Source of the DNA: Leptolyngbya sp. BL0902
GTDB taxonomy: Bacteria; Cyanobacteriota; Cyanobacteriia; Phormidesmidales; Phormidesmidaceae
DNA: 32,000 bases
Direction of reading: 5' to 3'
Assembly (NCBI RefSeq): GCF_016403105.1
Contig: NZ_CP046155.1
Span: 2,353,906-2,385,905, forward strand
In this document: positions 8,129 to 17,599 of the stretch, one piece after another
Layout of the letters: each line of letters begins with the position of its first letter
Position numbering within the stretch: position 1 is the stretch's first letter
Program-made: the position numbers and the translations under genes
Notes under the pieces: model-generated
What the model saw: the letters and a program-made list of their open reading frames with translations, nothing else
Told to the model about the DNA's origin: nothing
The model's database searches: none

Positions 8129-9694
8129 CTAGTCTTGGCCCTGGGTGGCGTCGTCGAGGGCAGACACCACTTGGTCGTAGATTTCGTTGGCGTGGGCGGG
8201 GCTGGTGCCAATGCAGGTGAGGCCCAGTTTGCCGTACTCCGACAGACAGCCCATCAGGTGAAAGGCCGCACCCACGCCCAAAATCGAGTTGAAGTGGAGG
8301 CGGTTAGTGACGATGATGTCCATCAAATCACTGGGCAGCAGGCCACGATACTGGGGCTTTTGCAAATTATCTGAGGCTCGGTAATAGCGTACCTGCTCCT
8401 GCTTGGTGTAGAACAGACCGTCCTCTGGGTGAAAGCGCCCCTCGGTGAGCATTTTCATCGCCATCAGGGGATGGGTGGTGCCGCCCTTACGCAGGTTGAT
8501 TTCAATGGCCTGGAGATCCCAGGTGGGCTGATCTGGATCGCCCTGGCGCACGGCAATGAAATCGACCCCGTAGCGTTCTAGGGCACCCTGGGCCGCCAGT
8601 TCTTCACCGATGCGTTGGCCCATGGCCTGAATATCCAGCCGATAGTCTGACCGGGCCGGAAAGGAACAGCCCAGAAAAATTTGGCCATCGGGGCCGCCCA
8701 GTTCTTGGTCGTGGGTGGAGAGAATTTCCACGGTACCCAGGGGCGTAATCCGGCCCTGCACGCTGGGAGATTGCTTATGATCGCCCTCAATAAACGCTTC
8801 GGCGATGGCCCCCAGTTGGTGGATCTTTTGGGAAAAGTGGGGCCAAGCTTCCGTTGCACACTGAAAACTGAGGTGCTGGAGGGCCTCCTGAAGCGCCTGG
8901 GTGCGGGCCGCTGTGCCTACGGTGCCGGGGGCAATGGCCGCCAGGGGGCGCAGATCCATAATGGCGTTGCCCTCGCCAGAGAAGCCCTCGTCTAGCTTGA
9001 TCACCATGCGCTGCAAATCGGGCACCTGCTCCCACACATCGGCCATGGCAGCGGCCAGATCGGCTTCAGAAAACACCAGATCGCTGCCCGGTGGGTGGGG
9101 AATGCCGCAGCGTTTGAAGATTTCTCGACTGCCGCTTTTGGTGCCCCAGCCCAGCAAATCTGGATCCACCGCCAGCAGGGGAATATCCAGGGCGAGGGAC
9201 AGTTGCTGCTCTAAACTCGTTGCGTTGTAGCAGGTGATATAGGCCCGCTGCGGATCGAGACGCCGCCGGATTCGCTCCAGCAATCGGGGACGCTCCAGGA
9301 TTTTTTGGGTCAGGGGCTTTTGGGAACTGTCGTAGGTGGCCAACAGGGTCAGCCGTTCCCGCGCATGGGAGCTAGGAATTCCCGGCAGCAGCTCCAGGTA
9401 GTAATCCACAATGCTGGGGTGCAGGGGCTGGGAGGTGAGGTAGATAATCCGAGTGTTGGGATTACGCAGCCGAATCAGGGAAAACAGCAGCCGCTCTTCA
9501 TAATAATTTACCCCTTCCACCTTTTGCAGTTCCTCCTGGTTGAGGCTGAGGGAGGGCACCACCACAATCTGTCGCTCTTCGGTGTCAAAGGTGTCGGCAG
9601 AACACCAGCGCTGGCGCAACTGCCGCTGAAGCTGCTGAAATCGGCTGGTCGGGGCGTCAGGGCGTGCTGTGGTTGGCCATCTGCTCGACACCAT
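8129..9694 (-). CDS. ATP-grasp family ligase, PGM1-like (peptide ligase-related)
   Basis: Motifs MVIKLDEGFSGEGNAI and LQAIEINLRKGGTTHP plus the N-terminal VVVPSLSL...YYEERLLFSLIRLRNPNTRIIYLTS match the pre-ATP-grasp/PGM1-related family as I recall it. The start is set at ATG 9694, which is preceded by AGGAGG (plus-strand cctcct, 9699-9704). The ORF-track start at 9760 lacks such a site. Confidence 0.6.
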   Translation of the reverse strand: MVSSRWPTTARPDAPTSRFQQLQRQLRQRWCSADTFDTEERQIVVVPSLSLNQEELQKVEGVNYYEERLLFSLIRLRNPNTRIIYLTSQPLHPSIVDYYLELLPGIPSSHARERLTLLATYDSSQKPLTQKILERPRLLERIRRRLDPQRAYITCYNATSLEQQLSLALDIPLLAVDPDLLGWGTKSGSREIFKRCGIPHPPGSDLVFSEADLAAAMADVWEQVPDLQRMVIKLDEGFSGEGNAIMDLRPLAAIAPGTVGTAARTQALQEALQHLSFQCATEAWPHFSQKIHQLGAIAEAFIEGDHKQSPSVQGRITPLGTVEILSTHDQELGGPDGQIFLGCSFPARSDYRLDIQAMGQRIGEELAAQGALERYGVDFIAVRQGDPDQPTWDLQAIEINLRKGGTTHPLMAMKMLTEGRFHPEDGLFYTKQEQVRYYRASDNLQKPQYRGLLPSDLMDIIVTNRLHFNSILGVGAAFHLMGCLSEYGKLGLTCIGTSPAHANEIYDQVVSALDDATQGQD

Positions 9695-9826
9695 GATTCC
9701 TCCTGGGCGCAGCCCAACATCACCCGAAACGCTGCCCTGAGTATAGGGGATCACCCCCAACCAATCTGCCTAAACGGCCTTAGATCCACAACGGCTTAGG
9801 CAACCTAAAGCCCAAACCCGCCCGGA

Positions 9827-10804
9827 CTAGTCGCCCTCACGGGTGCCCGCCGCAAACTGAAGCACCATCGGATAGCCGCCCTCCTGGTGGTACTTGTCGG
9901 CCCAAGTACGCAGCAGCACATCCAACTCCTGAAGCGCCTCTTGGCGGTGGTCGAGGTTAATATCAAACACCTCCACCCCGCGCAGCACGCCCTCTTCGCT
10001 ACGCACCCAAGCCTGCAAAATGCTGAAGTAGCGGGCCACGTCGTCAATCATGGCGAAGGCGCGTTCCCGCTCATCCTTGGGCGCATAGGATTCGCTAGCC
10101 AAGGCGTAGAGGGGGATATCCACTAGGGGCGAATCCACTTGCAGCACCGTGCCCGAATGCAGCAGCCGAAACTTAATGTGCATCATCAGGGCATCGCTGA
10201 AGGGCATCCGCTGAGCAGCAGGGAGTTCCTTCTGGGACAGATCATGGAGCTTTTCGATCAGTTCATGGAACGCCACTTGGTCTAGGATGCGGGCCTTGGG
10301 CGCACCGGGAGGCAGGCTGTCTTCAATGGCTTTGCGTTCGCCCGGAGTGAGGCCCGGTTGCCGTACTCGCGACTCCTGCGCCCCACAGGGAAACTCCTCC
10401 TGCCACAAAAACGGCAGGGCAATGAGGTAGTAGGGTTCCTTAGAATTCAAGACCTTCAGGCTTTGGCCTTCGGCTACGGCGGTCTGAATTTCCTGCACAA
10501 TGGCCTTCACCCGCTTGGGCTCGACATGGTACAAAAAGCCCGTTTTGCGGATGTTTTGCCCGCATTCCAAAAAACTGCTGTAGATGGCAAGTTTGGCCGC
10601 TGTGGTAGCCGCATCCAAAAAAGCGCCGTAGCGGTGCCCTCCCATTTTCATCGTGCCCATGGCCAGATAAAGCAAGATCCAGTCGGCGGGGCTGTTTTCA
10701 ACCACCTGGGCGAGTATTTGCCGAATTTGATCGGGAGGAAGTTGAGACGGCTGACTCACGATAGAACTACTACCATCGGGCGGAGTGGGAAAATGTAATG
10801 TCAA
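9827..10804 (-). CDS. Hypothetical protein (325 aa, soluble, no recognised domain)
   Basis: A long ORF with host-like C-ending codons and a non-repetitive, globular-looking sequence. I cannot assign a family. Confidence 0.6.
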   Translation of the reverse strand: MTLHFPTPPDGSSSIVSQPSQLPPDQIRQILAQVVENSPADWILLYLAMGTMKMGGHRYGAFLDAATTAAKLAIYSSFLECGQNIRKTGFLYHVEPKRVKAIVQEIQTAVAEGQSLKVLNSKEPYYLIALPFLWQEEFPCGAQESRVRQPGLTPGERKAIEDSLPPGAPKARILDQVAFHELIEKLHDLSQKELPAAQRMPFSDALMMHIKFRLLHSGTVLQVDSPLVDIPLYALASESYAPKDERERAFAMIDDVARYFSILQAWVRSEEGVLRGVEVFDINLDHRQEALQELDVLLRTWADKYHQEGGYPMVLQFAAGTREGD

Positions 10805-10959
10805 TCAGGCCGTGCCTCTGAAACTCCATGCGGCCCCCAGGGCTAATAATATACCGTGAACCTTACCCCCGCAGGCCCTTTTGCAGCGATCCACAGGCTG
10901 GTGATATCTGTCTGGTAGACGATCTACACTGGCCATCTATGCCCGACGACACCGACGAT

Positions 10960-11577
10960 CTACTGTTGCGCGGGTGGGGCATCGGGGGCCTGGGTTGCGC
11001 CACAGTAGGCATTCACCTCAGCAATGAGCGTCGCTTCCGTTTGGGATAGGGTCTCAATGGCGGCAACGGCATCTACCGTCTGCTGCTGAGAGGCTTCGAT
11101 AGTCGCGGGCAAGTCATCCTCTGAGGCCACCGTCACCACCATATCCATGGCCCGACTGGCTTCCTCTAGGGCGCTGCTGAAGCCCTGCACCACACCGATA
11201 TAGTCCGCTCGAAAGGCTTCTAGGGTTTCATCCCGCAGAGAAATGGCCTCCAGATCGCTCACTAGGGTATCTAGGTTGGTCACGACCTTATCGACGGCTG
11301 CCGTGTACTGGCTGGCAGCCGCCTTAATATCGTCTAGATTTCTGACCTGGGCGGCTTGTTCACTAAAGGCTTGGATGTCGGTTTCAAACTCCGGCATGAA
11401 GGTTTGAGTTTGGTTTACCACCGATGCCAGATTGTTGCACTGAGCCACCTTGGATGACCCACAGCCCGTCAGCACCAGGGCCGCCAATGCCCCTAGCATC
11501 AGGCCTCGATGACGCGCACCCCTCTGGATTGACCCCTTTGCTGCTGTCATCATAGCTACCGCCATCCCGTCATCCAT
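10960..11577 (-). CDS. Putative lipoprotein, helical, unknown function
   Basis: Signal peptide with a lipobox (RHRGLMLGALAALVLTGCGSS). The mature part is A/E/Q/D-rich and helical. The exact start is ambiguous. Confidence 0.6.
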   Translation of the reverse strand: MDDGMAVAMMTAAKGSIQRGARHRGLMLGALAALVLTGCGSSKVAQCNNLASVVNQTQTFMPEFETDIQAFSEQAAQVRNLDDIKAAASQYTAAVDKVVTNLDTLVSDLEAISLRDETLEAFRADYIGVVQGFSSALEEASRAMDMVVTVASEDDLPATIEASQQQTVDAVAAIETLSQTEATLIAEVNAYCGATQAPDAPPAQQ

Positions 11578-11818
11578 TCAGTACGGCTTCAAGTTTTACC
11601 GCGTCTTGGTCGGCTTTACAAGGTTCTGGGGGCATGGATTGTCTCGAAATGCCCCTAAACCTGGGGGATGGCAATTCTCCAGCCAGGTACCAAGGACAGG
11701 GTACGATCAGAATAACGTAGAGAAAAGCCGTCAGAATCCCGGTGGACTAAGCAAGGTGCCCCTAGTCTAAGGCCCGTTATCTGCGATATGTTTGTTAATC
11801 TATCTGCACTATAGAGCT

Positions 11819-12313
11819 ATGCCAACACCAGCCGAATTTTTGCAAGCTACCCAATGGGCCGCGATTGGGACGGTTGCCCTCGCGGTGATTGCCGGACTTG
11901 GATTTGTTTTTAAATGGGGCATTCGGTTTCGCCTGGTGGGGGCTGCGGGATTTGCGGTGGTGCTAACGGTGGGGCTGCTGGGTCTCAGCTTTGAACCCTT
12001 CAGCCGCACGGTGATTGAAGGCGCATTGCCCTACACCACGGTGTACGATTCCGGCTCTAGCCAAATTGTGATTGCCGTGCCCAACGCCATCACCGAAGCC
12101 GAGCTAGACGCCACCCTGCGCCAAGCCGCCAGCAACCTGTTCAAGCCCTACCGCCTGGGCATTCCCGGCCAAACCGCCACCGTTCGCGCCCGCGCCATTG
12201 TGCATGGAGACAACGGCGTGTCTCGGCTGGTTTACCTCGGCCAAGTGCAACCCGCCCCCAAAGACTCTGGCCTCGACTATCAGGTGCAGATTAACCGCGA
12301 CCTCCTGGCCTAG
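11819..12313 (+). CDS. Ycf51-like (DUF2518) membrane protein
   Basis: From ATG 11819 the sequence is MPTPAEFLQATQWAAIGTVALAVIAGLGFVFKWGIRFRLVGAAGFAVVLTVGLLGL (two TM helices), followed by a soluble domain. This pattern is recalled from cyanobacterial and plastid Ycf51. Confidence 0.55.
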   Translation: MPTPAEFLQATQWAAIGTVALAVIAGLGFVFKWGIRFRLVGAAGFAVVLTVGLLGLSFEPFSRTVIEGALPYTTVYDSGSSQIVIAVPNAITEAELDATLRQAASNLFKPYRLGIPGQTATVRARAIVHGDNGVSRLVYLGQVQPAPKDSGLDYQVQINRDLLA

Positions 12314-12363
12314 CCCCCGCCTCACACCCCCACGTTCTAGGTATCTCTGTTCTGGGTATAGCC

Positions 12364-13518
12364 ATGACGACTAGCCTTTCCGTAACGTCAACCCTTGCCA
12401 TTGCTCCGGCCCAGGTGGTGCGGGGAGAAGGCATTTTATCGACCCAGGGTGAAGCCATCGCCGCCCTAGGGCAACATCCCCTAGTGGTGGGTGGACAACA
12501 CAGTTTGCCCCGGATGCAACCGCTAATCGAGTCCCTCACCCAGGCCGGACTGACGCCCCACACCGCCGACTATGGCCGCGACTGTAGTGAAGCCACCCTA
12601 GAACGGTTGCGCGGCATTGCCCAAGATCACCAAACCGATGTGGTGATTGGGGTGGGCGGCGGTAAGGCGCTGGATACGGCGAAACTGCTGGCCCATCAAC
12701 GGCGCTGTCCGGTGGTGACAGTGCCGACTTCGGGGGCGACCTGTGCGGCGTGGACGGCGTTGTCGAACGTGTATTCCGAAGCCGGAGCCTTTCGTTACGA
12801 TGTGGCGCTGGATCGCTGCCCAGATCGGCTGATTTTGGACTACGCCCTGATTCGCACCTCGCCGCCGCGCACCCTGGTGGCAGGCATTGGCGATGGCTTG
12901 GCCAAGTGGTACGAAGCCTCGGTGAGCAGTGGGTCTTCCGACCAAACCCTGATTATTTCGGCGGTGCAGCAGGGGCGGGTGCTGCGGGATATTTTGTTCC
13001 AAAAAACGCCAGCGGCGTTGCGTCAGTGGGGTGGCCCCGAATGGCGGGAAGTGGTGGATGCCACGGTGTTGCTGGCCGGAGTCATTGGCGGCGTGGGCGG
13101 TGCCCAGTGTCGTACCGTGGCGGCCCACGCGGTGCATAATGGCCTCACCCAACTGCCCGCCTGCCACGACGCCCTCCACGGCGAAAAGGTGGCCTACGGC
13201 ATCCTGGTGCAGCTTCGGCTAGAGGAAATGGGCGGCAAGTCTTCTCTGGCCACGGCGGCGCGGCAGCAGCTCATTCAGTTCTACCGCGCCACCGGATTGC
13301 CCCAAACCCTGGCGGATCTGGGCCTGGGGAACGCCACCCTGGCCGACCTTCAGCAGGCGGCGGACTTTGCCTGCCGGGAAGGTTCCGACATTCACCACCT
13401 GCCCTTCACGGTATCCCCCGATGCCCTGCTGGCGGCGATGGTGTCGCCCCTCTGCCCCGAACTGCGGGAACGCCCCCGCCCATCCTCATCTCCATCTACG
13501 GCTCCCTCGGAGGTATAG
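12364..13518 (+). CDS. Glycerol dehydrogenase-like, iron-containing alcohol dehydrogenase family protein
   Basis: Has GVGGGKALDTAKLLA (GGGxxxDxxK), the metal-ligand contexts DGLAKWYEA, HAVHNGLT and LHGEKVAYG as in GldA-type enzymes, and a C-terminal P/S-rich tail. Confidence 0.8.
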   Translation: MTTSLSVTSTLAIAPAQVVRGEGILSTQGEAIAALGQHPLVVGGQHSLPRMQPLIESLTQAGLTPHTADYGRDCSEATLERLRGIAQDHQTDVVIGVGGGKALDTAKLLAHQRRCPVVTVPTSGATCAAWTALSNVYSEAGAFRYDVALDRCPDRLILDYALIRTSPPRTLVAGIGDGLAKWYEASVSSGSSDQTLIISAVQQGRVLRDILFQKTPAALRQWGGPEWREVVDATVLLAGVIGGVGGAQCRTVAAHAVHNGLTQLPACHDALHGEKVAYGILVQLRLEEMGGKSSLATAARQQLIQFYRATGLPQTLADLGLGNATLADLQQAADFACREGSDIHHLPFTVSPDALLAAMVSPLCPELRERPRPSSSPSTAPSEV

Positions 13519-13520
13519 CC

Positions 13521-14726
13521 ATGACCCTTAGTTGGCTCCAGCCCGCCCAGCGCATTAATTCCCTGCCCCCCTACGTCTTTGCTCGCCTCGACGAACTCAA
13601 AGCCCGCGCCCGCGAACAGGGCCTCGACTTGATTGACCTGGGCATGGGCAACCCCGATGGCCCCACCCCCGCCCCTGTAGTCGAAGCAGCCCAACGCGCC
13701 ATCGCCGACACCGCCACCCACGGCTACCCCCCCTTCGAGGGCACCGCCAGTTTCCGAACCGCCATCACCGACTGGTACTCCCGCCGCTACGGGGTGCAGT
13801 TGGATCCCTCCTCGGAGGCCTTGCCCCTGCTGGGTTCCAAGGAAGGCATCACCCACCTGGCCATGGCCTTTATCAATCCGGGCGACCTGGTGCTGGTGCC
13901 GACCCCGGCCTACCCCGCCCACTTTCGCGGCCCCGTCATTGCTGGAGGAGACATCTACCACCTGCACCTGACCGCCGAAAATCAGTGGTTGATCGACTTT
14001 GACGCCATCCCCCCCGAAGTGGCCAAACGGGCCAAGGCGCTGTTCTTTAACTATCCCAGCAACCCCACCGCCGCCACCGCCCCCCGCGAATTCTTTGAGG
14101 CCGCTGTGGAGTTTGCCCACCGCTACCAGGTGCTTTTGGTTCACGACCTCTGCTACGCCGAACTGGCCTTCGACGGCTACCAACCCACCAGCCTGCTGGA
14201 AATCCCCGGCGGCAAGGAGGTCGGCGTCGAGTTCCACACCCTCTCCAAAACCTACAACATGGCCGGATGGCGCGTGGGCTTTGTGGTGGGCAACTCCCAG
14301 GTGATCCAAGGGCTCCGCACCCTCAAAACCAACCTAGACTACGGCATCTTTGCCGCCCTGCAACGGGCCGCTGAAACGGCCCTCTCCCTGCCCGACCACT
14401 ACCTCCACGAAGTCCAAGAACGCTACTCCACCCGCCGCGACTTCTTGATTAAGGAATTCGCCTCCCTCGGCTGGACGGTGGATCGCCCCCAGGCCACCAT
14501 GTACCTCTGGGTGCCCTGCCCTCTGGATAGCACCTCCACCGACTTTGCCCTTTCCGTGCTGCAAGAAACGGGCGTGGTGCTCACTCCCGGCAACGCCTTT
14601 GGCCCCGGCGGCGAGGGCTACGTGCGCGTCAGCCTGATCGCCGACTGCGACCGCCTGGGGGAAGCCATGGATCGCATTCGCAAGGCGGGCTTCCGGTTCG
14701 ATGCGGCGGTGACAGCCCCAGTCTAG
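13521..14726 (+). CDS. Class I/II PLP-dependent aminotransferase
   Basis: LPPYVFARLDELK, GMGNPDGPTP, NYPSNPT and the PLP-lysine motif SKTYNMAGWRVGF are present. The start is 2 nt after the stop of the preceding dehydrogenase-like gene. Confidence 0.85.
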   Translation: MTLSWLQPAQRINSLPPYVFARLDELKARAREQGLDLIDLGMGNPDGPTPAPVVEAAQRAIADTATHGYPPFEGTASFRTAITDWYSRRYGVQLDPSSEALPLLGSKEGITHLAMAFINPGDLVLVPTPAYPAHFRGPVIAGGDIYHLHLTAENQWLIDFDAIPPEVAKRAKALFFNYPSNPTAATAPREFFEAAVEFAHRYQVLLVHDLCYAELAFDGYQPTSLLEIPGGKEVGVEFHTLSKTYNMAGWRVGFVVGNSQVIQGLRTLKTNLDYGIFAALQRAAETALSLPDHYLHEVQERYSTRRDFLIKEFASLGWTVDRPQATMYLWVPCPLDSTSTDFALSVLQETGVVLTPGNAFGPGGEGYVRVSLIADCDRLGEAMDRIRKAGFRFDAAVTAPV

Positions 14727-14846
14727 GCAACTATGGCTTAGGGGCGCTGGCGCTGGGGACGACGGTTCAGGGGCAGGAGGCTGGTGGAGCTACTCAGCGG
14801 CCCGGCCCCTGGCTATCTGCGAATCTTGGAGGACAATCCAGGGCGG

Positions 14847-16232
14847 CTAAAAGTCGATGCTGTCGGGGGTGCGGGGGAAGGGGATGACATCGCGGATGTT
14901 GCCCATTCCGGTCATGAACTGTACCAGCCGTTCAAACCCCAGGCCAAATCCGGCGTGGGGCACGGTGCCAAAGCGACGCAGATCCAGGTACCACCAGTAG
15001 TCTTCGATGGGCAAACCCGCCTCCTGAATGCGGCGTTCTAGCACATCCAGCCGTTCCTCCCGCTGGGAACCGCCGATGATTTCGCCCACCTTTGGAGCCA
15101 GCACATCCATAGCCGCGACGGTTTCGCCGCCGTCGTTGAGGCGCATATAAAACGCCTTGATGCCCGTGGGGTAGTCGGTGACGATGACGGGCTTTTTGAA
15201 CAGGTCTTCGGCCAGGTAGCGCTCGTGCTCGGATTGCAGGTCAATGCCCCACTGGACGGGGAACTCGAAGGATTTATCGGCCTTTTCCAGCAGCTTGACC
15301 GCTTCGGTGTAGGTAATGCGCTCGAAGGTGTTGTAGATGATGTTGTCGGCGGTGGCGAGGACGGAATCGTCGATGCGCTGGTTGAAAAACTCCATGTCCT
15401 CCGGGCAGGCGTTCAGCACCGAGCTAAAGATGTACTTCAGGAAGTCCTCGGCCAAGTCCATGTTGCCCACCAGATCGCAGAAGGCCATTTCCGGCTCGAC
15501 CATCCAAAATTCGGCCAGGTGACGGGAGGTGTTGGAATTTTCGGCGCGGAAGGTGGGGCCAAAGGTGTAGACGTCCTTGAAGGCCATAGCCATGATCTCG
15601 GCTTCCAACTGACCGCTGACGGTGAGATAGGCGGGTTTTCCGAAGAAATCCTGGCTGTAGTCCACCTTGCCCTCGGCGGTTTTGGGCACCTGGGTGAGAT
15701 CCAACCCCGTGACCGCAAACATTTCCCCCGCCCCTTCGCAATCGCTGGCGGTGATGATGGGGGTGTGCATCCACACAAAGCCGCGCTCTTGGAAAAACTG
15801 GTGGATGGCTTGGGCGCAGGCATTTCGCACCCGGAAGACGGCCCCTAGGGTGTTGGTGCGGGCACGCAGGTGGCCCAAACTCCGCAGAAACTCGAAGGAA
15901 TGGCGCTTTTTCTGGAGGGGATAGGTTTCCCCGTCCGCCGTGCCAAAAACGGTGAGGGTCTGCCCCTGAAGCTCCACCCGCTGCCCCTTACCGGGGGATT
16001 CCACCAGATCGCCGCTAATTTCGACAGACGATCCCGTGGTCAGCGCCTTCACCACCGTGTCGTAGTCGGCCAGGTCGGCATTCAGCACCACCTGCAACCC
16101 TGCCATGGAAGAGCCGTCGTTCACCTCCAAAAAGGTGATGCCCTTGCCCTCCCGCTTGGTGCGAACCCAGCCCTGGATGGTGGTGGCTTGACCGGGTTGG
16201 CCGCTGTGCAGAATGTCTCGAATACGTAGCAT
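14847..16232 (-). CDS. asnS: Asparagine--tRNA ligase
   Basis: 461 aa. It has an N-terminal OB fold ([22 protein letters not shown]) and class II motifs [21 protein letters not shown] and GFGLGFERL. Confidence 0.93.
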   Translation of the reverse strand: MLRIRDILHSGQPGQATTIQGWVRTKREGKGITFLEVNDGSSMAGLQVVLNADLADYDTVVKALTTGSSVEISGDLVESPGKGQRVELQGQTLTVFGTADGETYPLQKKRHSFEFLRSLGHLRARTNTLGAVFRVRNACAQAIHQFFQERGFVWMHTPIITASDCEGAGEMFAVTGLDLTQVPKTAEGKVDYSQDFFGKPAYLTVSGQLEAEIMAMAFKDVYTFGPTFRAENSNTSRHLAEFWMVEPEMAFCDLVGNMDLAEDFLKYIFSSVLNACPEDMEFFNQRIDDSVLATADNIIYNTFERITYTEAVKLLEKADKSFEFPVQWGIDLQSEHERYLAEDLFKKPVIVTDYPTGIKAFYMRLNDGGETVAAMDVLAPKVGEIIGGSQREERLDVLERRIQEAGLPIEDYWWYLDLRRFGTVPHAGFGLGFERLVQFMTGMGNIRDVIPFPRTPDSIDF

Positions 16233-16236
16233 GGTT

Positions 16237-16261
16237 GGGTACAGGGGGTTAGGGGTTAGGG
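16237..16261 (+). repeat. G-tract / TTAGGG-like block (GGG taca GGGGG tta GGGG tta GGG) abutting the asnS start codon
   Basis: Read directly from the sequence. Four G-runs are separated by 3-4 nt on the plus strand. More ttagg units follow up to about 16285. Confidence 0.6.
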
Positions 16262-16321
16262 ATTGAAGATTAGGAATTGGAGGAAGTGTGCTTGGATTAG
16301 CCCATTCCTTATCCTACAAAA

Positions 16322-17005
16322 TCAAGGATCCTGCTGCTGTTGTTTGACCAAATCTGGCCCCCAGGAGGTGCCGATGCGGGTGGCTCCAGCCTGCACCATG
16401 GCGAGGGCTTGTTCGGCGGTGCGGATGCCCCCGGAGGCTTTGATGCCCACCCGCCCTTTGGAAAGTTCGGCTAACTGCTGCACGGCCTCCACCGTGGCCC
16501 CGCCCTGCCATCCGGTGCTGGTTTTGAGGAAGGAGACTCCGGCATCCATGCAAATTTCCGCCGCCAGGGCAATTTCTGAGGGGGTGAGCACCGCCGTTTC
16601 CAAGATGGCCTTGACGGGCTGTCCAGTTTCTTCGCAGATGGTGGCGATTTCCCTGTGAATGGCGTCGTGCTGGCCGGATTTGAGCCAGCCGAGGTTGATC
16701 ACGACATCTAATTCCGTCGCGCCATTTTCTACGGCCTCCTGGGCTTCGTAGAGTTTGGTGGCCGAAGTCGTGGCTCCGGTGGGGAAGCCGATCACCGTGC
16801 AGACCTGCACCGGGCGCTGGTGGAGCCGATCCCGCGCCTGCCGCACATAGGTTGGGTAGACGCAGACAGCGGCAAACCCGTAGCGGTCGGCCTCATCGCA
16901 CCACTGGGCCACTTGGTCGGGGGTGGCGGTGGGCACCAGCAGCGTATGGTCAATCAGGGGGGCGAGGTCGATGGTGTCGGGGGTGGAAAAGAGTCCTTGA
17001 ACCAT
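16322..17005 (-). CDS. deoC: Deoxyribose-phosphate aldolase
   Basis: 227 aa with [24 protein letters not shown] (Schiff-base Lys context) and IKASGGIRT. Confidence 0.9.
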   Translation of the reverse strand: MVQGLFSTPDTIDLAPLIDHTLLVPTATPDQVAQWCDEADRYGFAAVCVYPTYVRQARDRLHQRPVQVCTVIGFPTGATTSATKLYEAQEAVENGATELDVVINLGWLKSGQHDAIHREIATICEETGQPVKAILETAVLTPSEIALAAEICMDAGVSFLKTSTGWQGGATVEAVQQLAELSKGRVGIKASGGIRTAEQALAMVQAGATRIGTSWGPDLVKQQQQDP

Positions 17006-17057
17006 GGGGCTGTCTCCGTGGGGTGATACGCGCCTACTTGGATGATCCTACACGGAC

Positions 17058-17100
17058 ACGGAGAGTCGCCCATGGACATCGTGCAGATTGCGGCTGAATG
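17058..17100 (+). repeat. Left copy of a 43-nt imperfect direct repeat (glgA RBS plus first codons)
   Basis: acggagagtcgcccatggacatcgtgcagattgcggctgaatg matches 20706-20748 at 36/43 positions, with a 16-nt exact core acatcgtgcagattgc. Confidence 0.85.
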
Positions 17101-17101
17101 A
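17072..17101 (+). pseudogene. glgA 5'-end remnant (MDIVQIAAE-stop)
   Basis: ATG with an upstream acGGAGag, as at the real glgA start. It encodes MDIVQIAAE* versus MYIVQIASEC at 20720. Homology ends at 17100, where the AT-rich DNA begins. Confidence 0.7.
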
Positions 17102-17254
17102 GGGTAGAGGTCAAGGTACTAGGATGATTCAGATGGAATTTACAGAAGCTCTAAGTTCCCAAGATCTGAAGGCATTGATCAAGGAAAACCTGCGGGAAGT
17201 TTTACGGGAAGAGCCATTTTAGTTATTCTCTTTGAGAACATTGAACTGATTCTT

Positions 17255-17599
17255 TTATTCAGAGCTTTCGATAATGCTCTGAATATCATTAGGTGTAATA
17301 TCGACTTGCTCAGATTTTGCGTAAATCGTTAATAAGATAATCCCCGTCTCTGCTTTGACGTAATAAATAAGACGATATCCGCCGCTTTTTCCTTTTTGAA
17401 AATCACTGTTTTTGACTCTCAGATTGAAAACAGAATAGCCAATTCCAGGAATTTGATCCCCAGGTAACTGTCCTCTTTCAAGCTTTGCAATAATCGGCTT
17501 AATATCATCTTGAATGCGGCGATATTTCTTGGCAAGTTTGCGAAGATTATGGTTAAAGGTAGGTGAGGCTTCAACTTGAACTCTGGGCTGGTCAGTCAT
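17255..17599 (-). CDS. Type II toxin, RelE/ParE superfamily (HigB/Gp49-like)
   Basis: 114 aa. KSGGYRLIYYV...GIILLTIYAKSEQVDI is a hallmark of this toxin family. It overlaps the upstream antitoxin gene by 8 nt (ATGACTGA). Confidence 0.8.
   Translation of the reverse strand: MTDQPRVQVEASPTFNHNLRKLAKKYRRIQDDIKPIIAKLERGQLPGDQIPGIGYSVFNLRVKNSDFQKGKSGGYRLIYYVKAETGIILLTIYAKSEQVDITPNDIQSIIESSE

Noticed and set aside
9695-9760. Upstream start (9760) for the ATP-grasp gene
   Set aside because: The ATG at 9694 is preceded by a strong AGGAGG. The 22 extra residues add nothing recognisable.
11629-11655. 7-bp perfect stem ggggcat...atgcccc in the divergent region between the lipoprotein and ycf51-like genes
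   Set aside because: The stem is short, there is no flanking U-run on either strand, and it lies between two divergent starts. That is insufficient to call a terminator or regulatory element.
13392-14309. Long antisense or alternative-frame ORFs inside strong genes (for example 13392-14309 minus, 305 aa; 27654-28628 minus, 324 aa; 24214-25155 plus, 313 aa; 21269-22027 minus, 252 aa; 15225-15848 plus, 207 aa)
   Set aside because: They lie opposite or out of frame to genes with unmistakable conserved motifs (aminotransferase, gltD, sensor, glgA, asnS). Their translations are Gly/Arg/His/Val low-complexity, as is typical of stop-codon-poor GC-rich DNA.
17124-17222. 32-codon ORF MIQMEFTEALSSQDLKALIKENLREVLREEPF* at the left edge of the AT-rich islet, convergent with the toxin gene
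   Set aside because: It is too short to support. It has no RBS and I recognise no homolog. It may be a remnant of another small addiction-module gene, but that is speculation.
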